A stretch of DNA of 64,000 nt, taken from NCBI GenBank assembly GCA_000002445.1, contig CP000071.1:672001-736000 (forward strand), given 5' to 3'. This DNA comes from Trypanosoma brucei (taxonomy: Eukaryota). Positions 20,159 to 30,782 of the stretch are shown piece by piece. Each line of letters opens with the position of its first letter. Position 1 is the first letter of the stretch. The notes beneath the pieces are model-generated. The model made no database searches. It was not told the DNA's origin and saw only the letters and a list, made by a program, of their open reading frames with translations. A program made the position numbers and the translations under genes.

Positions 20159-20758
20159 ATGGGTTGTGGAGGTTCAGCTCCTGCTAACAAAGACAGGCAT
20201 GTGGGTGCAGATCCACCAAAACCTTCAGAGCATTCGGAACATTCAAAACCTTCAGATCCTTCAGATCCTGCTGATGCTACTCGTATTCACAAAATCTGTA
20301 CACTTCCACTACATGACAAGGATAAGCCAGTTGCTGCTGCAGCAATTAGGGTTACCGACCCCAAGTGTATTTCGGATATTTTACCTCCGGAATTCCTTGA
20401 GGGAAAGAAGGTGCATAATGAATTTTGTGCAATTACTCTCTCCTTCGATGATGGAAAGCCGGAGGATGAAGGCCTTTTTGAGAAGTTGAAGGAATTGGAA
20501 GGTACTTCCATCGAATTGAAACCAACCCATATTGTGATGAATGAAAAAGTCGCCGCCATTGGGGTGTGTAATAATGATGAATTCCCCTGCCAGGACGCAC
20601 ACCCGCATATCCTCGTTGCAACTGCTCCAGATGCCACACAGGAGGATATTGATGATGTAACCAAGAAAGGAAAGATTGAGATATTTTGCGCGAGAAAACT
20701 TCCCGATCTGCCACCTGATATCACCATCCCAGGTGAGTTTCGTTTCATGCACTGGTGA
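20159..20758 (+). CDS. Array copy 1: a 199-aa protein with an N-terminal MGCGGS dual-acylation (myristoyl-Gly2, palmitoyl-Cys3) signal. Its C-terminal domain is homologous to the C-terminus of the 847-aa P-loop protein.
   Basis: The protein starts MGCGGSAPANKDRH. The region EFLEGKKVHNEF...LKELEGTSIELKPTHIV...CNNDEFPCQDAHPHILVATAP...IPGEFRFMHW aligns with 16146-18689 aa 720-847. It is identical to copy 3. Confidence 0.75.
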   Translation: MGCGGSAPANKDRHVGADPPKPSEHSEHSKPSDPSDPADATRIHKICTLPLHDKDKPVAAAAIRVTDPKCISDILPPEFLEGKKVHNEFCAITLSFDDGKPEDEGLFEKLKELEGTSIELKPTHIVMNEKVAAIGVCNNDEFPCQDAHPHILVATAPDATQEDIDDVTKKGKIEIFCARKLPDLPPDITIPGEFRFMHW

Positions 20759-21821
20759 GTATTTCCCTGTTCCTTGTGTTTCAATGGTTTCACAAGAGTA
20801 CATATGAATTGTTGTAAGTGTGCTGGCAGTTGCTGTTACTCTGATCGATCAAAGAGTTAGTGGTACTGCGCTTCATTACTTTATTACTTTTGCTATTTTG
20901 TTTTACGAATTTACTTGCCTTTGTCCCTTCTTACTTTCCTTTTGATAACCTTTAGATATTTGCGTGTGGAGGTTTTGGTTTACTGTTATACACATCTGGG
21001 GCTATATTCCCTTCATTTGAATTTTATTATTGCGGTATTGACTTTTTCTTTCAAAGAAGATGATGAACGTTGGAATAACGAATAGGGACGATACGAGGGG
21101 AATGAAGAAAAGGCAGAAAAATGATACGGAGAGGAGGGAAAGACAAAATACAAACAATATGTGGGAGAGATATTTTTGCTTTGCTTTGGTTTGATATCTG
21201 TTTTGTTTGTTTTTTTTTCGTTGTGTTCGATGTTTTTTTGATCTTATTTTCCGAGACTTTATTATACAGGATTTGTTTAACTTATGTACTTTATTACCTA
21301 TTGCTTGTGTGCCATTGTTGTGTTACTATGAAACATTTATTGGTGTGGCAGAGTAAAATGTGTTTTGGCATTGCTTTCCACAAGTAACCGAAGGGCACCA
21401 AATATTTGCTACGGGAGAGCACTGAAATGAAAGGAAACAACTAAACACACTGAGCGTGTACCAATGCCCAGTGAGTGGGACAGCCATCGAAGATAAGTGT
21501 TTGTTTTACGGCAATGAGGTTCGAATGCGCCTGACGGTTTTTGTCCGACGTGGTGTGGGAAACGCCTCAAAGAAGTTACTGCACCTACACCTTCATTTTC
21601 ACGGGTATATATTATCCCTTGTCACTAATTGATGTTTGGTATGTTTAATCTGTCACTGAACACTACTCACTTGTTTCCCCAGTGTAAGTGTGTCATCTTT
21701 CCCGTCTGTGCATTCACATGAATTTTAACTTTTATTACTCATAAATTATGTTTTGCCTCAATTATATAGACACCGCTTTATACGCAATTTTAAGCAAGGA
21801 AGTCCAACAAGGTGAATTATA

Positions 21822-22421
21822 ATGGGTTGTGGAGGTTCAGCTCCTGCTAACAAAAACAGGCATGTGGGTGCAGATCCACCAAAACCTTCAGAGCATTCGG
21901 AACATTCAAAACCTTCAGATCCTTCAGATCCTGCTGATGCTACTCGTATTCACAAAATCTGTACACTTCCACTACATGACAAGGATAAGCCAGTTGCTGC
22001 TGCAGCAATTAGGGTTACCGACCCCAAGTGTATTTCGGATATTTTACCTCCGGAATTCCTTGAGGGAAAGAAGGTGCATAATGAATTTTGTGCAATTACT
22101 CTCTCCTTCGATGATGGAAAGCCGGAGGATGAAGGCCTTTTTGAGAAGTTGAAGGAATTGGAAGGTACTTCCATCGAATTGAAACCAACCCATATTGTGA
22201 TGAATGAAAAAGTCGCCGCCATTGGGGTGTGTAACAATGATGAATTCCCCTGCCAGGACGCACACCCGCATATCCTCGTTGCAACTGCTCCAGATGCCAC
22301 ACAGGAGGATATTGATGATGTAACCAAGAAAGGAAAGATTAAGATATTTTGCGCGAGAAAACTTCCCGATCTGCCACCTGATATCACTATCCCAGGTGAG
22401 TTTCGTTTCATGCACTGGTGA
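21822..22421 (+). CDS. Array copy 2: a 199-aa MGCGGS protein. It differs from copies 1 and 3 by D11N and E176K.
   Basis: Same unit, offset by 1663 bp. The substitutions are ANKNRH versus ANKDRH and GKIKIF versus GKIEIF. There is also a synonymous aac/aat change and one spacer SNP. Confidence 0.75.
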   Translation: MGCGGSAPANKNRHVGADPPKPSEHSEHSKPSDPSDPADATRIHKICTLPLHDKDKPVAAAAIRVTDPKCISDILPPEFLEGKKVHNEFCAITLSFDDGKPEDEGLFEKLKELEGTSIELKPTHIVMNEKVAAIGVCNNDEFPCQDAHPHILVATAPDATQEDIDDVTKKGKIKIFCARKLPDLPPDITIPGEFRFMHW

Positions 22422-23484
22422 GTATTTCCCTGTTCCTTGTGTTTCAATGGTTTCACAAGAGTACATATGAATTGTTGTAGGTGTGCTGGCAGTTGCTGTT
22501 ACTCTGATCGATCAAAGAGTTAGTGGTACTGCGCTTCATTACTTTATTACTTTTGCTATTTTGTTTTACGAATTTACTTGCCTTTGTCCCTTCTTACTTT
22601 CCTTTTGATAACCTTTAGATATTTGCGTGTGGAGGTTTTGGTTTACTGTTATACACATCTGGGGCTATATTCCCTTCATTTGAATTTTATTATTGCGGTA
22701 TTGACTTTTTCTTTCAAAGAAGATGATGAACGTTGGAATAACGAATAGGGACGATACGAGGGGAATGAAGAAAAGGCAGAAAAATGATACGGAGGGGAGG
22801 GAAAGACAAAATACAAACAATATGTGGGAGAGATATTTTTGCTTTGCTTTGGTTTGATATCTGTTTTGTTTGTTTTTTTTTCGTTGTGTTCGATGTTTTT
22901 TTGATCTTATTTTCCGAGACTTTATTATACAGGATTTGTTTAACTTATGTACTTTATTACCTATTGCTTGTGTGCCATTGTTGTGTTACTATGAAACATT
23001 TATTGGTGTGGCAGAATAAAATGTGTTTTGGCATTGCTTTCCACAAGTAACCGAAGGGCACCAAATATTTGCTACGGGAGAGCACTGAAATGAAAGGAAA
23101 CAACTAAACACACTGAGCGTGTACCAATGCCCAGTGAGTGGGACAGCCATCGAAGATAAGTGTTTGTTTTACGGCAATGAGGTTCGAATGCGCCTGACGG
23201 TTTTTGTCCGACGTGGTGTGGGAAACGCCTCAAAGAAGTTACTGCACCTACACCTTCATTTTCACGGGTATATATTATCCCTGGTCACTAATTGATGTTT
23301 GGTATGTTTAATCTGTCACTGAACACTACTCACTTGTTTCCCCAGTGTAAGTGTGTCATCTTTCCCGTCTGTGCATTCACATGAATTTTAACTTTTATTA
23401 CTCATAAATTATGTTTTGCCTCAATTATATAGACACCGCTTTATACGCAATTTTAAGCAAGGAAGTCCAACAAGGTGAATTATA

Positions 23485-24084
23485 ATGGGTTGTGGAGGTT
23501 CAGCTCCTGCTAACAAAGACAGGCATGTGGGTGCAGATCCACCAAAACCTTCAGAGCATTCGGAACATTCAAAACCTTCAGATCCTTCAGATCCTGCTGA
23601 TGCTACTCGTATTCACAAAATCTGTACACTTCCACTACATGACAAGGATAAGCCAGTTGCTGCTGCAGCAATTAGGGTTACCGACCCCAAGTGTATTTCG
23701 GATATTTTACCTCCGGAATTCCTTGAGGGAAAGAAGGTGCATAATGAATTTTGTGCAATTACTCTCTCCTTCGATGATGGAAAGCCGGAGGATGAAGGCC
23801 TTTTTGAGAAGTTGAAGGAATTGGAAGGTACTTCCATCGAATTGAAACCAACCCATATTGTGATGAATGAAAAAGTCGCCGCCATTGGGGTGTGTAATAA
23901 TGATGAATTCCCCTGCCAGGACGCACACCCGCATATCCTCGTTGCAACTGCTCCAGATGCCACACAGGAGGATATTGATGATGTAACCAAGAAAGGAAAG
24001 ATTGAGATATTTTGCGCGAGAAAACTTCCCGATCTGCCACCTGATATCACCATCCCAGGTGAGTTTCGTTTCATGCACTGGTGA
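23485..24084 (+). CDS. Array copy 3: a 199-aa MGCGGS protein, identical to copy 1.
   Basis: Same unit, offset by 3326 bp from copy 1. Confidence 0.75.
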   Translation: MGCGGSAPANKDRHVGADPPKPSEHSEHSKPSDPSDPADATRIHKICTLPLHDKDKPVAAAAIRVTDPKCISDILPPEFLEGKKVHNEFCAITLSFDDGKPEDEGLFEKLKELEGTSIELKPTHIVMNEKVAAIGVCNNDEFPCQDAHPHILVATAPDATQEDIDDVTKKGKIEIFCARKLPDLPPDITIPGEFRFMHW

Positions 24085-25134
24085 GTATTTCCCTGTTCCT
24101 TGTGTTTCAATGGTTTCACAAGAGTACATATGAATTGTTGTAAGTGTGCTGGCAGTTGCTGTTACTCTGATCGATCAAAGAGTTAGTGGTACTGCGCTTC
24201 ATTACTTTATTACTTTTGCTATTTTGTTTTACGAATTTACTTGCCTTTGTCCCTTCTTACTTTCCTTTTGATAACCTTTAGATATTTGCGTGTGGAGGTT
24301 TTGGTTTACTGTTATCCACATCTGGGGCTATATTCCCTTCATTTGAATTTTATTATTGCGGTATTGACTTTTTCTTTCAAAGAAGATGATGAACGTTGGA
24401 ATAACGAATAGGGACGATACGAGGGGAATGAAGAAAAGGCAGAAAAATGATACGGAGAGGAGGGAAAGACAAAATACAAACAATATGTGGGAGAGATATT
24501 TTTGCTTTGCTTTGGTTTGATATCTGTTTTGTTTGTTTTTTTTTCGTTGTGTTCGATGTTTTTTTGATCTTATTTTCCGAGACTTTATTATACAGGATTT
24601 GTTTAACTTATGTACTTTATTACCTATTGCTTGTGTGCCATTGTTGTGTTACTATGAAACATTTATTGGTGTGGCAGAATAAAATGTGTTTTGGCATTGC
24701 TTTCCACAAGTAACCGAAGGGCACCAAATATTTGCTATGGGATAGCAATTTAAATGCAGGGAAGGTGAAGGAGGGCAATAATTGGACAATGTAATTTTTT
24801 TTTACTGTTATGTGTTCGATTTGGGTAGGAAAATGTGATTGTGGGAGCTTGTCCTGGGGTGATGGAGGTATTTTTCATTTTTTTGTGATGGTAATGATTT
24901 TTTTTTTTTTGGTCGGCCCTTTGTGTCAACTAGCATCTTCTTTGGAGTAGGTGCATATGTGCGTGCAGCTGCTTTTTAGTGAGCACCTCGTGTTTTAAGT
25001 GTCTTTTTTTATTATACCTTTTTGCTATTACCTTCTTGTTTTTTGCTTTTGAAACGTTTTTGATAATACACTAAAAGAGTAGACAGAAAACAGTAGTTGG
25101 TATATAGAAGAACTTATTAGTCGCTTCTCGAGTT

Positions 25135-25848
25135 GTGATTCTTGTTTGTAGAATTTTTTTTTGGTTTTCTCCTCCTGTGTTGTTGGTTATGTTGATGTTT
25201 CATCTTAACGCCAATAGGCACCTTCTCCAGCCTCCCACGAAGAATCGGCGGGGGGAGGTGGTTTCTCAGACTCAAAGGAATCGTGTGTGTCCCGCTGCTA
25301 TCCGCGCTTACAGATTTTTATCTGATGATATTTCCTCGCAGCTTAACATATGTTGTGCTGTTCTGCAAGTTCCCTTTTCGGGGATCCCCGGCGCCCCTCC
25401 GTCTACAGTAGTGACGAAGGAGTCGGTTCACCCATCGTCAATGCTCGTCGTTTGGAATGATACAACGGCTGCCGAGATCGCCATGTCGTTGCTTCGTGAA
25501 GTACGAGGTGATGTCGATAGTGCTTTTGCTGCTGCAGAGAGTGCTACAAAGGCGGAAGGGGCTGATGAAGTGGTGGGTGCAGCAAACCCCGAAGATAATT
25601 TGGGCGCGTCTCGTGACGATTCCGCCACAGCGGTTTATGTAATCAAGTTGTCCGTGGGCGCCGTGAGCGCTGATGGCAACGCGACGCTGTCACCAATTGC
25701 GTCTGTGGAACTGCGGCAAGTGATTAGGGGGGAGCCGCTGGTCTTTCCCTCGCGACGCGCCGGCATGCCAGCTGTTGATGTACCCATTTCAACTCTCCCG
25801 TACCGTTTGGGTGATCCCATATTCTTTACGTGCAAACGGCTGCGTTGA
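25135..25848 (+). CDS. Hypothetical protein, about 237 aa or shorter.
   Basis: A + strand ORF. The N-terminal part of the ORF overlaps a pyrimidine-rich tract, so the real start is probably an internal Met. No recognisable domain. Confidence 0.35.
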   Translation: MILVCRIFFWFSPPVLLVMLMFHLNANRHLLQPPTKNRRGEVVSQTQRNRVCPAAIRAYRFLSDDISSQLNICCAVLQVPFSGIPGAPPSTVVTKESVHPSSMLVVWNDTTAAEIAMSLLREVRGDVDSAFAAAESATKAEGADEVVGAANPEDNLGASRDDSATAVYVIKLSVGAVSADGNATLSPIASVELRQVIRGEPLVFPSRRAGMPAVDVPISTLPYRLGDPIFFTCKRLR

Positions 25849-26274
25849 ATCTGCCTTTTACTCCTTCCTACACTTAGAGAAGGATGTTGTGTACATGTAC
25901 TATTATTGTGGACTGCTGCGCATGTAAATCGCTGTACTACAGAGCAGGTCCGTAATACTCTAAGGGGAAGCACTTTACTTTTTCCTCGTTGTCCAAGGCA
26001 ATTAACCACTGACTTCGCACTCGTGGAACCCCCTCAAAGGTTGTACATATTATGACGACATGGTCGGTCGCTCATTCTCTCTTTTCTCATTTGGTGCCTC
26101 TTGTCTGGCGTACTAATAGTAGTAGTTTTCCTGAATAGCTGCGCAGGGGCATCCATCACTTCGAGTTTGACGCTTGCGTATAATCCAGCACCCCGTGGCT
26201 TGCTTTAGCTGTCCCCGCGGCAACTGGTAGTGAAAGGAAGGATATATATATATATATATATATCAAAGAAGTAA

Positions 26275-26940
26275 ATGGATGATGTGAAGAGGAAGTCCGC
26301 GATGTTGATGACGAAGGGTATCATTGAGCTTAGGCAGAGTCCACCCGCTTTGGTCTGTACCATTCGGCGTTTCAAGCATCCGATGAGTGGCAAAGAGGTT
26401 ACGTTGTATCCGGTTCCAAACATCGCCGCCCCTCATTACTTTCGCCGCGTTTTGGACGCGCACCATCTGACAAATAATTTTGATAAGGTCCTTTGTGAGG
26501 ATGGTAGGCTGCCGTTTCAGGCTGGCACTGCGCTGGCCAGAAGGCACGAAGTGTTCAAGCGGCTGCTGCCCTTCTTATCCCTTCGCCCAGTTGTTGTAAA
26601 TGGGGATAAGTTTGATGGCATCGTTGAGCGTGATCCCTTGGAGTCTCGCATGGCCTACCAGATGCTGTTGGACGGGGCCGATCCGCCAGTTGACCCACGC
26701 GCGCGCCGTGCCATTGAGCGTATAGAAGGTTACGCAGATGCTACAAAAACAGTTTGCCCATGGGGAGTCTATCACCTGGTGTATATGACGTACAGACTGC
26801 GAACTCTTGGTTACACCGTGGAGAGCGAGGAAGAGTTAGAGGTTGTGGGGATGAAGGAAGTTATGGTCCTCGGTTGTTTCATGGGCATCACTACCTTCTG
26901 GATGATGTACGCCTTATACAGAATGTTGTTCGGCTTTTAG
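26275..26940 (+). CDS. Hypothetical protein, 221 aa, with a C-terminal TM segment.
   Basis: A + strand ORF preceded by a (TA)n tract. The C-terminal hydrophobic helix is VMVLGCFMGITTFWMMYALY. Confidence 0.45.
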   Translation: MDDVKRKSAMLMTKGIIELRQSPPALVCTIRRFKHPMSGKEVTLYPVPNIAAPHYFRRVLDAHHLTNNFDKVLCEDGRLPFQAGTALARRHEVFKRLLPFLSLRPVVVNGDKFDGIVERDPLESRMAYQMLLDGADPPVDPRARRAIERIEGYADATKTVCPWGVYHLVYMTYRLRTLGYTVESEEELEVVGMKEVMVLGCFMGITTFWMMYALYRMLFGF

Positions 26941-27548
26941 TTGCTCTGTGAGCTGCGCAAGCACCTAATGGTGAAAAGATGTTGCATCGTTGCCAGCAAG
27001 AGTTTGGCGCACGAACCAACAGAATCTGGAAAAGGAGTAATACGTGCCACATGAGTTTCGTGGTGGCGCGTCACCCCTTTTCCGTTGCCATAAGATCGTA
27101 TCGTGTTGCCTGGATTGCTCCCCCTCATATGAATTTGAGTGTTTCATTACACAGTGGTATCATCTGTTATTGCTATCGTCGTAGTTTCTCACAACTTTAG
27201 ATGTGCTCGTTTGAGGCGACAACCAAGTGCCTTGTGGGAGGTTCTTCCATTTTTCCACCCCCCCACACGGAGTTGCGGCACAAGCTCATTGAAAGGGGTG
27301 AAAGAAAAAAGGAAAGGAGAGGTACAGTGGAGGATAAAATTGTGTTTAAAATGGCCCCCTTCACTTTTCTTCCTGTCTTCATGCCTTTATATATATATAT
27401 ATATATATATATATTCCTAGCACACTAATTGATCCCTTCACTTCTTCCCTCTACTTAGCAACTTTAGGAAAGGTAGAACGTGAAGCAGAGAGAAGCACCA
27501 AGTTATTCCTCAGAGGGTTTTCTCACCCGGTGTAGCATAAATTAAGAG

Positions 27549-27878
27549 ATGCCTCCCAAGTATGACAATGTCCAGCGGCTCCTCGATGCTGAAAGAAGGC
27601 GGAATGAAGTTATTGCCAATGCGAAAGCTCAGAAGCAGGCGAAGGTGAAGCAGGCTAAAGTTGATGCCGAACGCGAAGTTGCTGCTTTCCACGCGGAGAA
27701 GGAACGCGAATATGAAGCATACCGCCAGCAGCAGGAGGCACTTACCGAGAAAGAAAAGGAACAATTGCGATCTGATACGGATGTCTGGTTACAACAGCTC
27801 AACGCCATGGCGGCCAATCGCATGCAGGCGGTTGAAACTATGATGACTGGTTTGATACTGCGATGTCAGGACAACTGA
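27549..27878 (+). CDS. V-type proton ATPase subunit G.
   Basis: A 109-aa protein. The N-terminal pattern VQRLLDAERRRNEVIANAKAQKQAKVKQAKVDAEREVAAFHAEKEREYE matches the V-ATPase G / Vma10 consensus (QxLLxAEKxAxxxVxxARKxKxxRLKQAKxEAxxEIxxYR). Its size is right for this subunit. Confidence 0.6.
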   Translation: MPPKYDNVQRLLDAERRRNEVIANAKAQKQAKVKQAKVDAEREVAAFHAEKEREYEAYRQQQEALTEKEKEQLRSDTDVWLQQLNAMAANRMQAVETMMTGLILRCQDN

Positions 27879-29685
27879 TGGGTGTAGGAGCAAGATAAAA
27901 GGGAAAGGCAGTTGAATGAACGGATTTGTGGTGTCGGTTAGGCTCAGGGAGGGGGAAGAAGTAAAATAAAATGAAAGGGAGAAGGTAATGGTGAGAATGA
28001 TGGTGTGTATAAGGAAGAGGGAGGGTGAAAAGTGAAGGAAGGAAAAATGAAGAAGGAACTGTAAGGGAGATGAAGAGGTGAGAATTGGAAGAGATTATGT
28101 CGAAAAGGAGGAGAAAACGGGCTTGAGAGGTAGGTTGAGGTTCTAGCATCCAGTGAAGGAACAAATTTGTTAATTTGCTTTTCCCCCAATCTCATATCAT
28201 CGCACTTTGTAAACCTTCTCTGCCGCTTACGCGGTTGAAGGGAGACAGAACGGGGTGACACCAAGAAAGGAGACATTTCTTCTTTCATTTTTTGTGTGTT
28301 TGTTTGTGTGGACGATGCGAGGGGGGGGGACAAAAAAAAAAAAGCGACTTAAACCTGGGGGCTGGGCGTGTAATCGTGCCGCAGTGGCCTTCTCCTGAAA
28401 CCAGTATCTCCCGTTCGCCCACAAAATGTCTCTTTTTATCATTTCCTGCACGATCACATTTGCATACTTTGGCTTCTACCAAATGCGTTTGCCCCGCACC
28501 AGTTTCTTTCTTTTTGTTTTTTTTCGTTATTTTGTTGGCGCTGTTGATCTTATTTTTGTGTGTTTGTGCTTCTCCCCCTCTCCTCTCTCTTTCCCTCTTT
28601 TGAATGATGCGATGTGTTTTGTGTCTTTGCTTCAACCCATAACATTGCTTTCATTCAACATCCTTGTTCCTATATACGGACATGGCACCTTTGTGCCCCT
28701 TCTTTTCCATTCTCTTTCCAAAAAAAGACAAAACAATAAAAATGTGCAACTCCCTGTTCCTGTGTTGGTTGAATTGTGGGACAGTTCTTGCTATTCATTC
28801 AAAATATTACGTTTCTTTAAACTGAGGGGAGCGACGTTGCCGTCATTTGCATCAGTCCCTTACCCTCCTCCTCTCTTCCATGTTGTTAGACTTTCATGGA
28901 GTAATGAAGCTCAAATATTCTTATTACGCATGTGTCTCCGGTACGTTTCATATGTTTTTCGTTTCTCTCCGTCTTTTTCTTTTCTTTTTTCTCCCTTTTC
29001 TTTTTCCCCATGCGGGTGTGACATGGCTTTGTCGCGTTGAAGGAACGTTAAGCATTGAGCCATTCAGTAGTCCACTACACTGGCTGTACCAATTATTATT
29101 TTTCTTTTGATTCATACATTTACAAATACATAAGGGAGAAATTAATAATTTAAAAAAAATAATTGATCAACAGTAAGAAAATAAGGATAAGTTAAATTAA
29201 CAAAAAGTGTGGAGGAGACAGCTTTTCTCCCCCTCCCTTGTGGTGCATCTGTGCGCCTGTGGACGGTCTTTACACATTTTTTTGCCGCGGGGAAATATCT
29301 CCCCTTATTGTTCTTTGTTTGCAGCCAACAATTAATATAATTCATTTGGTGCTATTTTAGTCGTATTAGTTGGCAAACTTCTTCACCTTCGGAGAAAGCA
29401 GCACGAAAAGGGAAGAGTCCCGGCGGGAGATTTACCCTCCTGTATTTTTCTTCAGAAAAAAAAAGAGAACAGGTCTGTCTGATAACGAATACGGTTGCAG
29501 GGGTAAGTAAAGAAGTATATATACATAGAAAGAGCAGTTTTGAGGTGAAGCTCATCTGGAACAGGGCAAAGTGGATAGCACCACACAATTAAGATAGAGT
29601 GTTTTAGTTATTTGTCGCTGGTGCCACTTTTGTCGGTCTTCACAATCTTTATTTTGAGCAGTTACTCACTGCCTTAAGTAACACC

Positions 29686-30390
29686 ATGAGCTCTGCTGAG
29701 CGGCATGCGGTTATGCTTCAGGATTGGCTCTTCGCGTGGGAAATCATCGCATCTTTCAGCTCCCCACGAACAGTGTGTGACCTTGAGACCTTATCACGTG
29801 ATGTTCATAAGGTGATACGTGACAGTTCCACTGGCACACGCCTTATGCAGAGGTATTGGAACGTGCAATACCACCGACTCGTATGGGGAGATGAAGACCT
29901 TGATATCGGGAAACGTACACTTCATTTCTCCCTACCGCGCGCCTCCGGGCGAAAGAACTGGAAGAAGTTGTATCGGGAAGAGTATCCGCTTTGGCTCGCT
30001 CGCACCTTTCAGGGGATGGGCTCGCGTAACAATGATATCAATGAAGCAAAGGTGCGATTTCAGGTGGAGCCGGCGAATGAACTGCTAAGTGGAGAGGCGA
30101 TGGAAAGCCTGGAACTTACGCAGGAGGAAACTGTCGCACGGCGTGTAGCAAAAGGTTTTGTCCGTGTGGAAGAAGGAAGCGGTAGTGGGCCCAACTCAGT
30201 GGATCGCAGGGGCAGGCGGAAGAGTGGTGGCAGTCAAAACCGCAAAGAGAAGCTGGTGGCCAAAGATCCGGCGGAGGGTCTTCAGCGTGAGGACTACAAA
30301 AATGACCGGCGCCTTCAGAAGCACAGGACAAAACATAATAAAGGCAAGGGGGGCACATGGGACGGGTACGCAGATGGTGAGTTTGATTAG
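29686..30390 (+). CDS. Hypothetical protein, 234 aa, with a basic C-terminal region.
   Basis: A + strand ORF. Lys/Arg-rich tail RRGRRKSGGSQNRKEK...KHRTKHNKGKGG. No family recognised. Confidence 0.4.
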   Translation: MSSAERHAVMLQDWLFAWEIIASFSSPRTVCDLETLSRDVHKVIRDSSTGTRLMQRYWNVQYHRLVWGDEDLDIGKRTLHFSLPRASGRKNWKKLYREEYPLWLARTFQGMGSRNNDINEAKVRFQVEPANELLSGEAMESLELTQEETVARRVAKGFVRVEEGSGSGPNSVDRRGRRKSGGSQNRKEKLVAKDPAEGLQREDYKNDRRLQKHRTKHNKGKGGTWDGYADGEFD

Positions 30391-30782
30391 TGTATGCAGG
30401 AATATGATAGTGTTGATGCGTTTTTTCTCCCTTGGATGGTCCACTTCCGCACGCGAATCCCCGCCCCACTCCCTCCCTCTTTCTTTTTCTTTTTTTGTAT
30501 CTTACAGTGAAGTGTTTATCGTATCATTTGCCCCCCCCCCATACACACGCACACACCTGATAGTTTTCGTTTTTACTTTTCTGACTGGAAGTTGTGACAA
30601 CTGCCTTTAATATTGAGGCGGGTATTAAGACGGAATGAGTTAAGTATCCACTGAAGGCCGGTACAAACCAGGTAACGGCTCCTCAGGCAGTGTTTTTTTT
30701 TTTTTGTCTTTTGTTGTTGTTGTTTTGTTGGCGGTGCCTGCATTGACTGAAGGCGTCGAAGTAACTCGCAAAGGAAAAAGAT

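Larger units (their letters stand above)
19781..24745 (+). repeat. Tandem array of about 2.98 copies of a 1663-bp unit. Each unit holds one 600-bp CDS plus about 1.06 kb of spacer.
   Basis: Unit starts are at 19781, 21444 and 23107, where aacacactgagcgtgtaccaatgcccagtgagtggg recurs. The copies are more than 99% identical. Identity breaks down upstream of 19781 and downstream of about 24740. Confidence 0.95.

Noticed and set aside
20287-24129. Minus-strand ORFs of 168, 140 and 93 aa repeated three times inside the tandem array.
   Set aside because: They are antisense shadows of the + strand 199-aa CDS. They appear three times only because the unit is repeated. They are composition-biased, without start context or homology, and lie on the opposite strand to every confident gene.
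19781-24745. Whether the regular 1663-bp tandem repeats could be a CRISPR array.
   Set aside because: The unit is about 1.66 kb, far longer than the 25-50 bp typical of a CRISPR repeat. There are no unique spacers of fixed length. Each unit carries a protein-coding ORF. The context is eukaryotic (kinetoplastid), so this is a gene array, not a CRISPR.
28426-29040. A 204-aa + strand ORF and overlapping ORFs at 27.9-29.1 kb.
   Set aside because: The region has extreme strand-asymmetric low complexity: a purine-rich run, then a pyrimidine-rich run with poly-T and poly-C. The translation is Phe/Leu/Ser/Pro-rich nonsense. This is typical kinetoplastid UTR or intergenic sequence, not coding.
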